Shown here piece by piece: positions 9,901 through 17,849 of a stretch of DNA of 60,717 nt. This DNA is from an uncultured Methanosarcinales archaeon. GTDB taxonomy: Archaea; Nanobdellota; Nanobdellia; Woesearchaeales; GW2011-AR9. Position numbers and translations under genes: made by a program. Where the stretch lies: positions 1 through 60,717 of the forward strand of contig CAZWBB010000007.1 in the NCBI GenBank assembly GCA_964632045.1. The letters run 5' to 3'. Position 1 is the first letter of the stretch. Every line of letters starts with the position of its first letter. The notes below the pieces were generated by a model. The model had not been told where the DNA came from, ran no database searches, and saw nothing but the letters and a program-made list of their open reading frames with translations.

Positions 9901-11133
9901 ATCATCCTGAGGCGTCCAGAATGGCCTCAGCAAACCCTCACATATTTTTGGGATAGTTGGTCTGTTTTCTTTGATACCACATACTTTTGCCAGGGCGGAC
10001 TTTACATCTTTATGTAAACCGTACAAGGCTGAAGATAGATTATCAGGATCTGAGAGATGAGCGTACCTGTCAGAGCCTTCCGTCATTTTCCTGCCTAAGA
10101 CATTCGCCAATAGGATATTTTCTTTACTATTGTCATTCAAAATCAGGTGCAGTTGATTCTGAGGTCTGAATATTTGAACCAGTTCCGAACCCGCCTGAGG
10201 CGTATCACCCCTATCCCCTGTGATTTCCATCATGTGATTCCAATTGAGATTCTGTGGATAATAAGGGGTGAGTAAAATTTCACAGATGCCGTCCCTAGTG
10301 ACATGAACATCAATGCCAAACCATTCTCTTGCACTCTCCACTTCCTCATCGGAAAATTTTTCCAACGTGCTTCGCAGATTATCAGTACTGGAGAGATATT
10401 TAACTGCATCTATCGGTCTCCCAGGGATATTCACCTCCCTGCGAAAAACATCCAGGATCGGATCCCTCTGGGATTCTTCCAATTCGTATTGGGCATGGAA
10501 CAACCTCTCGAGAAGATTTTTCTGGGCAGGCACCTCCGGTTCTTTGACTTTTTTTACTTTTCCTGGCAGCTGCAGGCAAGTGATCCAAGTCCTTCTGGAT
10601 AACTCAAGCTTACCCTCCAGGTCCGCGATTCTCTCTTTGTATTCTTCAAGTTTGGAATCAGCATGTCCGAAGATTGCGCCAATGTTCTGATTATGCAGTT
10701 TGCATTCTTCTTTGAAACTAAGTTCTCTTTCTGTTGTTTCACCATGAAGAAATCTTTCCATCTTCTGATTACTCTGGTAAAGGTACTGTGTGGACGTTTC
10801 ACCCACTTCATTTATTCTCTTTTGTGTGCCTTCAGCATCCCCGATTATATACTGGAAAAGACCTTCTAGACTACCCAAGATTCCGGGTTGCCTCAGGTCC
10901 AGAGGTTTTTCAGCAATCCTAGATATGGATACAAGCGCTTCTTTGATAGGTGGCTTGTCCTCGGCAACCTTTGCCAGATAATCTCTATATCGAGGACTTA
11001 TGTTAAAAGCCGTCAATGAGATATTACTACAGAAGCGACGGAGTTCATCCTCAAATGTATCCTCTCCTGAGAGGTATTCAGTCAAACCTTTGCGCAGCAT
11101 CCAAAGCTTTTGATAGCTGTCACCAAACTGCAT
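6904..11133 (-). CDS. Giant membrane-anchored protein with tandem internal helical repeats and Ig-like ectodomain
   Basis: 1409-aa ORF; two ~240-aa repeats ending RPFWTxxDDxxxHPLYxMxExEQKExYGQ; TM after KKKKGSWWRR; beta-rich C-terminus. May be the 3' part of a longer gene (see findings). Confidence 0.8.
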   Translation of the reverse strand: MQFGDSYQKLWMLRKGLTEYLSGEDTFEDELRRFCSNISLTAFNISPRYRDYLAKVAEDKPPIKEALVSISRIAEKPLDLRQPGILGSLEGLFQYIIGDAEGTQKRINEVGETSTQYLYQSNQKMERFLHGETTERELSFKEECKLHNQNIGAIFGHADSKLEEYKERIADLEGKLELSRRTWITCLQLPGKVKKVKEPEVPAQKNLLERLFHAQYELEESQRDPILDVFRREVNIPGRPIDAVKYLSSTDNLRSTLEKFSDEEVESAREWFGIDVHVTRDGICEILLTPYYPQNLNWNHMMEITGDRGDTPQAGSELVQIFRPQNQLHLILNDNSKENILLANVLGRKMTEGSDRYAHLSDPDNLSSALYGLHKDVKSALAKVCGIKENRPTIPKICEGLLRPFWTPQDDVRSHPLYQMSEEEQKEEYGQILRKIPEEKKEKKVFVPQNLLGKVLVEQSALIKQGEPKHPALDILNRKERKKSLKEMLEYLSSHDALSSVLEGVSDEDLPKVRDMFGCRDENLTPRGICEVLLTPYSLQYLDWDRLSKIKPSSVGPVGEDYMRVFRPNNLLHLLIMEGDQGGNDLAEALIDDDEERSVEEAYSHLSSTAVLMGFLDGLDKDEYKALTQAADQNELISRKDLCGLLLRPFWTAEDDTMGHPLYRMTENEQKEKYGQVLLNVPQEEVEEEPVQEEPAEEEPLEGGISPRDKLEQVILVQFQASCSGSKPFALEWLTGEDVRHNVSYPKAIYDQFSKPETLKARLEDMQANEKGNYRALSRFVTDDVKPDCTPEELCNILLGDPQGSPDKEVIVMNEFEKKYWEAALNGSAVFRQFVRDYNLGNFTVSEALQQITDMGSNIGIFGDSDEDDGWRKMVYKEELFGLPRGLSGEKTWKKLVGSYVDAVDMEIPHSVAQYRVSAESENDNQVVQRMAEELQSKYAKKKKGSWWRRGTALAVAMVFGITAASDSARGWAVDNYEQFISSEKERIEKQEYSASVHSPKDGGIVDLPAGIGKKGSDEKGKERKSAKDKPKGKKEAVAKPAKDQPKEKEQPAAKKQYPISDNLYKNDHRPPKITSFGYIAGKKDYLLADPRSEEELIVLEADDGSAGIIRQIEIVSKIGEDEVKRFMVDGGESIINHWISPSQVCPSEGRCEVDLEAIATDGNGNLKKENVEVKIYPLVIAEFGCGGKEVVSMFRGGISEKRKCGILVKSVNQLSELKVVSHFKKKVKIPGKRKYENKGFDKEFKLDAGEISQYISREGQAYILSYAFSPKQACGEVRCRSKLEVSVGDISGNEETDMTKLTFEPYKYHITKTKYHVEESGKFVFEFEAKYNRKIQNELKGFRFDYLTKPKIPDMNWELDRSIPGSRITGTCPEDKSEVRLTIKASTPLASGKRVSGRKNFKVCSELK

Positions 11134-11178
11134 AGCTTCGGAGAACCTCTCCGGTAGAGGCTGCAGCGCTTCGCCCTC

Positions 11179-12063
11179 TTACTGGAATCTGTTGAAATCC
11201 AACCAAAGATCTTTTACACCCAACTGAAGCCGCCGGTATGACTCACCCTGCTTCTGCGCCAGGTTCTCAAAGAAGGAGCTGGCCATATCCAAGATCTTCC
11301 CACTCTCTTCCTGCAGTCCGACAGCATGATGATTAAGTATTGACTGAAGTGACCGAAGAGCAAGAGTGGTCTGGGGATGACCGGTGTTTATGTTCCCCCT
11401 GTATTCTCGTCCTTCTGCAAAACAATCCCGCATATGTTTCAGTGACTCTTCAGTCCTGCTCAAAGCAGTGAAAAACTTGTTCTTGCTCCTTCGCGACGTC
11501 ACATACAGTTGTCTCCACCTTTTTGCGGCAGCCTGAAATTCCCCCAACCTTTCATCGAGTCGTATGATGCCCGTTTCAGCCACCACAATCTCTCCCTTTC
11601 TACCTTGCAGGAGTTCAGAAGCACCTCTTAGATTCATGTTGAGCGAATTGAATATTTTCTCTTCAAACCCTTCCTTGGTGTTACGAAATTCTTTAATGAT
11701 CTCCAAAACAGTTGTTCTGATATCCTTAGCTCTTTGAAGATACTCATTGTCAATAGGAGCTGGCGTCACCACTGGTTCGATATTCTTTTCTTTATCTTCC
11801 TTGACATCATTCAACTGTGTAGAAAGTCGGTCCAAATCTACCAGAGCGACACGTGCTTTCCCAGCTTCCTTTTCAGCTCGTTCAGCCCGAATCTTGTTGT
11901 CCTCGGACACTCTAAACCAAGAAGCCGCTTGCCCTTTCTGTTGTTCATACGCTCTGAAGATCTGGCTGTTATTCGCTTCCAAATCTTCGATTGCGGCAAT
12001 AATTAGATTTGAAATATCTTCTACAGTAATCTCTTCATCATTGCTGCTTCTTGTTTTACTCAT
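11179..12063 (-). CDS. Coiled-coil hypothetical protein (in frame with 6904..11133)
   Basis: 294-aa helical ORF; ATGA overlap with the PP2C stop. Confidence 0.7.
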   Translation of the reverse strand: MSKTRSSNDEEITVEDISNLIIAAIEDLEANNSQIFRAYEQQKGQAASWFRVSEDNKIRAERAEKEAGKARVALVDLDRLSTQLNDVKEDKEKNIEPVVTPAPIDNEYLQRAKDIRTTVLEIIKEFRNTKEGFEEKIFNSLNMNLRGASELLQGRKGEIVVAETGIIRLDERLGEFQAAAKRWRQLYVTSRRSKNKFFTALSRTEESLKHMRDCFAEGREYRGNINTGHPQTTLALRSLQSILNHHAVGLQEESGKILDMASSFFENLAQKQGESYRRLQLGVKDLWLDFNRFQ

Positions 12064-13325
12064 TCTTGATCATTTTCCTTTCTGTAAAATGGACTTCTCA
12101 CACCTATTTTGTCAACTGTATTACGTAAGCGCTCAAATAGGCCAGCTGCCCTATTGTCAGCCCCTGCTGCTGGTAATTCACGTTCACCAACATTAACAAA
12201 TCCATCCTCACCTTCCTCTGTTTTACGTACTTTTACACTTGCTGCTTTAAGAGCCGCTCTCATCAGCTGGTGTTGAGTATCTTGCTGGTGCGATTCATAA
12301 CCCTCTATTTTTATCTTATTCTCCCTAAGAACACTTTCTGCAGCCTTCATCCATCGCTCATCTTCTGTCACCATCTTCTGATATCTTTCAAGTTCTTCCT
12401 CCAGATTGTCCTCTGTCCATCTGCAATACTTACTTAGGGCTGCTTCCAACTTATCCTCAAAATCGATCAACACGATAGCAGTATCATCTGACTGTAGATC
12501 GCCGCCTTCAAGTCCATTGTCGATCTTCCGGACCAACTCTGGGAGGGTATGGTGTTTGTAAAGACGGATAATCGTGTCCCTATCCGTCTCTTCCGGCAGT
12601 TGTTGTTCTTTCCAAGGAATCTTACTCAGAAGACGTCTTTCCAGCCCTTCAACCTCTCTTATCTTTCTTTTGGGACAGATCACTACTTCCCGCAACTTGG
12701 CTAATATCTGATGGGGCAGCAATTTTGTATGAAGCAGAATCTCATGCATATCTTCTTTAGTAGCTCGACCTCTTAGACCGTCCGTGTGCAGATCGACATA
12801 GCGCAGACCGGTTTCCAACTCTTTTTCCAGATCGTACTGCCGGAAGTAGATCCTCTCATCGATCGTCCGTCCGTCCAATACTTCTTCTCCAAGATAATTA
12901 GAAGGTTTACCTTGTGCGCTCTGGTCCGGTGTCTTAATTTCGTACATGTCATTATACACAAAACAAATTTGTCCATCCCCCAGATGAGCCGTATATATCT
13001 CTTTATCAGATATCAACGCCAGATCCAATGTTGCATGCCAGCCGCTTTTCCTCCAGAGATGTTGATTTACTCCAGCTATAGCTTCTCTGATCACTGTTTC
13101 ATAGCTTCTTTCCTTTCCAACCCTAAGTTCCCTCTCCATGTACCTTCGGATACTGCTTAAGGCCAGATGGCTTGATTCTGCACCGACATACCCACTACAT
13201 CCATCAGATATCATGTACAATCCTAGTTCCTGGTCATTCCAATCAATGACGGAACCAATATAGGCTGCATCTTCATCTTTAGCTTTCTCTGATTTTCCTG
13301 CGATTACATCATAGTAGGCATTCAT
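12060..13325 (-). CDS. PP2C/PPM-family Ser/Thr phosphatase with C-terminal coiled coil
   Basis: Metal-binding motifs DED, ISDGCSG, AHLGDG, HTDGL, DDTAIV. Confidence 0.85.
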   Translation of the reverse strand: MNAYYDVIAGKSEKAKDEDAAYIGSVIDWNDQELGLYMISDGCSGYVGAESSHLALSSIRRYMERELRVGKERSYETVIREAIAGVNQHLWRKSGWHATLDLALISDKEIYTAHLGDGQICFVYNDMYEIKTPDQSAQGKPSNYLGEEVLDGRTIDERIYFRQYDLEKELETGLRYVDLHTDGLRGRATKEDMHEILLHTKLLPHQILAKLREVVICPKRKIREVEGLERRLLSKIPWKEQQLPEETDRDTIIRLYKHHTLPELVRKIDNGLEGGDLQSDDTAIVLIDFEDKLEAALSKYCRWTEDNLEEELERYQKMVTEDERWMKAAESVLRENKIKIEGYESHQQDTQHQLMRAALKAASVKVRKTEEGEDGFVNVGERELPAAGADNRAAGLFERLRNTVDKIGVRSPFYRKENDQE

Positions 13326-14548
13326 TTTGTTTCTACGATATCCAAGTCGGTTATCCTATGGGGCACTTTACATATCTGAGCTATATCATACGTTGCTTTC
13401 AATTGAGCGAGGTAGAGACCTGGGTTATTCATATCCTCAAATTTAGGATCAATCCTGACCTCAGGATCATGGTCCAGCAAAGTTGAAATCCCCATACGAA
13501 TATATAGATCACCCAAAGCAAAATTCAGGAAGTCATTTTCTAATTTCATCCCACGTATGAAGTTATCTTTGCCTTCACTGCTAGCCATCCTCTGCGAAGA
13601 TTGAAAGCGTATCGTTTTATGATATTGGAGGGACCATTTTCCTGAATCATCTCCAGTGAGATCGTAGACTACGATCTTTCCATCATCTACCCCAAAGAAG
13701 CAGTAATAAAGTAGATCATTCTTCTTATGCAGTAGAATAGAACTGGCTTCGGAAGGTAGATAGTGTTTCCCTTTCTGAAGCGCTCGAAGGTAATCAAAAT
13801 CACCTTCGGAGGTGTCTTTCTTCTCATAATCAGCAATCATCAGATGATTATGCACCACGAACCCTCCCCTGCTGTCGGCAGCAACAGTGAATCGGTCCAA
13901 CGCATCCAAAGCAGTGATCTTACCTCTCATCTCAAATAGTTTCTTCTCTCCAGGATAGGAAACAACATCTTTTCCACAGGCAGCCAAGATCTCATCACCT
14001 GGAGAAGCACTTTCAGAACTCTTCCTGGTGACAATCCGTCCCGTGGGACGATATTTTTCACTGATCAACTTCAGGTTATCAATTGTAGCATCATCAGAAT
14101 ACAACAGGTATCCACCGATCACTTTCCACTTGAACCTGTCAGATAAGTAAAGGGCCAGATAGACACCTCCTCCTGATTCTGTTGTTACACAACCATTAGT
14201 CAATTCTTTGTTGATCACCTTTATCTTTTCACTCTTGTCAACATTTGCCAGCAGCTGATCTAAGGTAGCCTCAGCAGTGATTGTCCAGTTCTGACCGAAA
14301 GGTTTACGAATCTGGTCTCCTGCCACTTCTGCCAATGCAGCCCTGCTCATCGCCCAAAGTCTGTCTCCCAAAGATTCAAGCATATGAGGTGTCCTCTCAA
14401 TACTTTCAAGTATCAGGGTCCTGTAATATTTGCTTCCTCCTTCATCAAAAAATACTCCATTCACATCAGGGAACACATACAGACCTTTGGTATATTGCTC
14501 TTTCTCCTCTGAAGGAGCCTCAACTCCGATTACTACCTTTTTTGCCAT
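13322..14548 (-). CDS. Hypothetical protein with WD40/beta-propeller-like C-terminal part
   Basis: ITALDALDRFTVAADSRGGFVV and FFGVDDGKIVVYDL resemble propeller blades; ATGA-coupled to PP2C. Confidence 0.6.
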   Translation of the reverse strand: MAKKVVIGVEAPSEEKEQYTKGLYVFPDVNGVFFDEGGSKYYRTLILESIERTPHMLESLGDRLWAMSRAALAEVAGDQIRKPFGQNWTITAEATLDQLLANVDKSEKIKVINKELTNGCVTTESGGGVYLALYLSDRFKWKVIGGYLLYSDDATIDNLKLISEKYRPTGRIVTRKSSESASPGDEILAACGKDVVSYPGEKKLFEMRGKITALDALDRFTVAADSRGGFVVHNHLMIADYEKKDTSEGDFDYLRALQKGKHYLPSEASSILLHKKNDLLYYCFFGVDDGKIVVYDLTGDDSGKWSLQYHKTIRFQSSQRMASSEGKDNFIRGMKLENDFLNFALGDLYIRMGISTLLDHDPEVRIDPKFEDMNNPGLYLAQLKATYDIAQICKVPHRITDLDIVETK

Positions 14549-14554
14549 TTTAAG

Positions 14555-15913
14555 TTACCTCTTAGTCAGATCTTCAACTGCTGACATTAATCTCATAATC
14601 AGCGAGTTTTTGGTGTCGGTCTTCAGAGGATCATACCCAAAATGGGAGATCCTCTTTTTAGGTGACCTGATATCAATATTTTCATGAGCAGCTTGATTTG
14701 TCTTGAGGATCAACTGGTATACGTCTTTGTCTGCCTGGCTTGGGAGCATCTTTTCAACGATCTTTATTGAAGGGTGTTTTGCCAGGTTGATACTGGTCTG
14801 GTGATAGCAGAAAAGAAGACCAGCCATGTCTCCACCCGCAAACAATGCTTCTTTGTGCTCAGCGTACGCATCATCATCCGATGAGTCCCATAATATGGTG
14901 GCCACTTTTTCGTACTTGTCCAAGGCATCAGCATAATCTCCTGCCACAAATGAGATCCTGCCCAGCCATAGGTTTGCTTCCACATCGCCCTCGACCAGAT
15001 TACAGATCCCTAAGAAATAACTCTTCTTGTCAGATGTCTTCTTAGACTCATGAGCCAGATGACGGTAAAGGGAAGTAAGATTGTCCTGGATCCTTAACTT
15101 GTCTTTTTCAATCTGGGATTTCAACTCATCTGCTTTGACGAGTTTCTTAATGAACCATGCACTGTCAGTATCACTTCTAAGGCTTTTGGTATGATCTCTC
15201 TTGGTCGATTCAACTCTACTTTTGATAACGGCCTCCATCTCAACCACCTGTTCATATGCTTTCTGCAATGGCATGAGAGCATGCCGAGGGGGAACCTTGT
15301 TGTTGAGCAGACAGTTGGCAAGCAGCTCGTTGGCCCTGTAATGCTCCGGCTTGTCCGCCGTCTGTTGATCACCACTATGCCAACTATATATAAGATGCTT
15401 GCTTATCGCAGCAAAATAATAATCTCTTGCTTCATGACCAGACTCTAGGCAGATATCAGATATTTCCCTTGCCTTGGCCAGATGTTCTAATCGTTTATCT
15501 CCAGATGTCTCCTTTGCCCTCAAGGACTCTAAGTAGACTTTCCACATCGCCTTGGCTTCGCCTTCCCTCATCCCTTCGATGATCTGCAACCTTGAATCTG
15601 TATCTTTCATGCTTTTAGCCAACCCTAGACAGACCTGATCATTGTACTCCTGAGCCTGTTGATAGACTTCCTTGGGAACATCTGTGCTTTCCAGTATCTT
15701 CTTTACTTCAGTGTGAGCTTTTTGTAACCCCTCCTCATCCAGTGCGAGATGGTTGTAGGAGTCCCTGATGTAGCAATCCACCAGCAACAATCGCTGCAAG
15801 TGACCATCCTCATACCTTTCAAGAAAATTACCTGCTAACTTCATCCGCTTCTTTTTGCCTGGAGTGATATTCCAGTCTTCAACAAATCTCCGCTCATAAT
15901 TATCTCTGTTCAT
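14555..15913 (-). CDS. TPR-like helical repeat protein
   Basis: EANLWLGRISFVAGDYADALDKYEKV TPR pattern; start moved to ATG 15913 behind a GGAGGT RBS. Confidence 0.7.
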   Translation of the reverse strand: MNRDNYERRFVEDWNITPGKKKRMKLAGNFLERYEDGHLQRLLLVDCYIRDSYNHLALDEEGLQKAHTEVKKILESTDVPKEVYQQAQEYNDQVCLGLAKSMKDTDSRLQIIEGMREGEAKAMWKVYLESLRAKETSGDKRLEHLAKAREISDICLESGHEARDYYFAAISKHLIYSWHSGDQQTADKPEHYRANELLANCLLNNKVPPRHALMPLQKAYEQVVEMEAVIKSRVESTKRDHTKSLRSDTDSAWFIKKLVKADELKSQIEKDKLRIQDNLTSLYRHLAHESKKTSDKKSYFLGICNLVEGDVEANLWLGRISFVAGDYADALDKYEKVATILWDSSDDDAYAEHKEALFAGGDMAGLLFCYHQTSINLAKHPSIKIVEKMLPSQADKDVYQLILKTNQAAHENIDIRSPKKRISHFGYDPLKTDTKNSLIMRLMSAVEDLTKR

Positions 15914-15932
15914 ATTGAAAAACCTCCTAAAT

Positions 15933-15962
15933 AAAAAAACCCCACCGCCACGAGCGACGGGG
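15933..15962 (-). terminator. GC hairpin plus U7 tract (intrinsic-terminator-like)
   Basis: Minus strand CCCCGTCGC-TCGTG-GCGGTGGGG followed by TTTTTTT, 14 nt after the kinase stop. Confidence 0.5.
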
Positions 15963-15976
15963 CATGTCATCATAAA

Positions 15977-17848
15977 TCAGACACTTTCCTCCTCTGGAAT
16001 CTTACTATCAACAGCCGCAGGTTCTTCAGGCAATCCTGCATCCGCAACTGGATCCTCAGCCAGCATATCTTTACCAGCGTTCATCTTCAGCGAACCAGGT
16101 TTGCCTGCTGCAGGTGGAGCTGCTTTTACTTCCGGTTTTGGAGCGATCGTTCTCTTTTTTCCCTCCAGCAGCTTGATGATCCGACCTTTCTTGCTCGTGT
16201 CAGGAAATTCATACTGATTGATGTTATCAGCAACATATTGTAATGCATTTGTATACCCGGTGATGTCATAATTACCCATGGCAGCCTGTAGGTCTCGTAT
16301 CCTTTGACCCAATCTATCGATATCAGCTAATGAATCTTGCACCTGCTGAGATGCCTTGTCACGCAATGTTTGGATGCCCTGTTGCATCTGCTCTGGAGCT
16401 CCTGCTTTTGTTGCCCCCTCTAAAGTCACATCATAACTATCGAGAATATCTTGCAATCCAGTATGCGCAGCCTCTTTGTCACTCTTCTCCACAACCAGAT
16501 TCGCAATGCTCTGCGTTGTATCAGCAAGCAGCTCCCTTTCCCTATCAATCTTCTTGTCCAGAATACCAACTTTCTCTGATAGGATTTCACCAAAAATCTT
16601 CTTTATCTGCTTACTTTCATCCTCTTTGATCAAACTACCCGCTTTATTGACGAATGCTTGATAAGAACAATCAGAAGTTTCAAAGAAGCTCTTGAAAACT
16701 GCTTCTTGGAACATGTCTTTTTTTTCTTTCCAGGTACTTTCAAACCTGTCGACCGGACGGAGTATGACAGTGTAATAGTGGCCATCACCCTTTTTTTCCT
16801 CAACCTTGTAATAACCGTCATCCTCAACATACTCTTTCAACCGGTCTCGGATGTCGCGAAGCGAAGGCAGTATCCAGCCTTCCGAGTCGTTATAAACTTC
16901 ATCCCCAAATCCAAGACCCCGAACATCTACCATCTTACTACCTAACTTCTTCATCTCTGCCTTATCCTGTAGGTAGCCTGTCCTCGAACCTCTTCTCTTC
17001 CTGTCAAGCCAACCGCAGATTGCTACCGCGGAAAGAGTATCCCTGCTCATCGTAAGTTGATCGATACATTTACCGGTTCCCAAGAAATGATTAATATAAT
17101 CGAATTCATCGGCATTGATGGAAAGATCTGCAAGACTTAGCTCTTGATAGGCGTTCTTGTTACTGATCCTCCGATCACAGAGCTTTATCTCACCGTAGAT
17201 CATCGCTCTTTCCAATTGAGCTTTGTTCCCTTTAACACTCTCATAATCAAATCCACAAAGTATATTTCTTGGAATAAGATCCCCATGCACTTTTCCTTTC
17301 CCATGGGAGTCTATGAGTGCACTCACCACCTGTATCATCACTTTATACCTAAAAGCTTTAGCCACCCTTGGGTCAACATCCAGCCTCTCATTGATATCCT
17401 GCCGCCAACCATACTTTTTACCACTTTCATCTTTCTTGATCTCTACTCCGGGGAAATCATTGAAGACAATATCTAAGTCCGTTCCCCAATACTCCATCAG
17501 CATTGCAGCACGTGGTTGCTTATCTTTCCCTTCTTTCCCTTCTCTCACTTCTCCTACACAATGCACAGTAACAAGATGATCAAGCGGATTTGCTTTCTGC
17601 TCGAAAGCAGCGTCTAAAAATTTATCACCATCCCTGTTCTCTTTTATTACTTTCAATGCAATATACTTCTTGATCGGCCAGGAGCCCTCACCTGGTTCTT
17701 TCCAACTGTCACCCATCGCATTCTTAAGTTCGACAGGTGGCTCAAAACGATATACCTCACCCATCAGGCCATCTCCAACAGCTTCATAACCTTCTAAAGC
17801 TATCTCATCCCCTCCTTCGGGAGTGAAATATAATTTGTCTTCAGTCAT
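15977..17848 (-). CDS. Soluble Ser/Thr protein kinase-like protein with C-terminal coiled coil
   Basis: VGDGLMGEVY, IALK, VHGDLIPRNIL, IKLCDRR; start moved to ATG 17848 behind GGAGGAG. Confidence 0.8.
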   Translation of the reverse strand: MTEDKLYFTPEGGDEIALEGYEAVGDGLMGEVYRFEPPVELKNAMGDSWKEPGEGSWPIKKYIALKVIKENRDGDKFLDAAFEQKANPLDHLVTVHCVGEVREGKEGKDKQPRAAMLMEYWGTDLDIVFNDFPGVEIKKDESGKKYGWRQDINERLDVDPRVAKAFRYKVMIQVVSALIDSHGKGKVHGDLIPRNILCGFDYESVKGNKAQLERAMIYGEIKLCDRRISNKNAYQELSLADLSINADEFDYINHFLGTGKCIDQLTMSRDTLSAVAICGWLDRKRRGSRTGYLQDKAEMKKLGSKMVDVRGLGFGDEVYNDSEGWILPSLRDIRDRLKEYVEDDGYYKVEEKKGDGHYYTVILRPVDRFESTWKEKKDMFQEAVFKSFFETSDCSYQAFVNKAGSLIKEDESKQIKKIFGEILSEKVGILDKKIDRERELLADTTQSIANLVVEKSDKEAAHTGLQDILDSYDVTLEGATKAGAPEQMQQGIQTLRDKASQQVQDSLADIDRLGQRIRDLQAAMGNYDITGYTNALQYVADNINQYEFPDTSKKGRIIKLLEGKKRTIAPKPEVKAAPPAAGKPGSLKMNAGKDMLAEDPVADAGLPEEPAAVDSKIPEEESV

Positions 17849-17849
17849 T

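Noticed and set aside
12060-17848. TerY-phosphorylation triad (vWA + PP2C + kinase)
   Set aside because: No vWA gene in this operon; the only vWA gene is over 30 kb away in the MoxR operon
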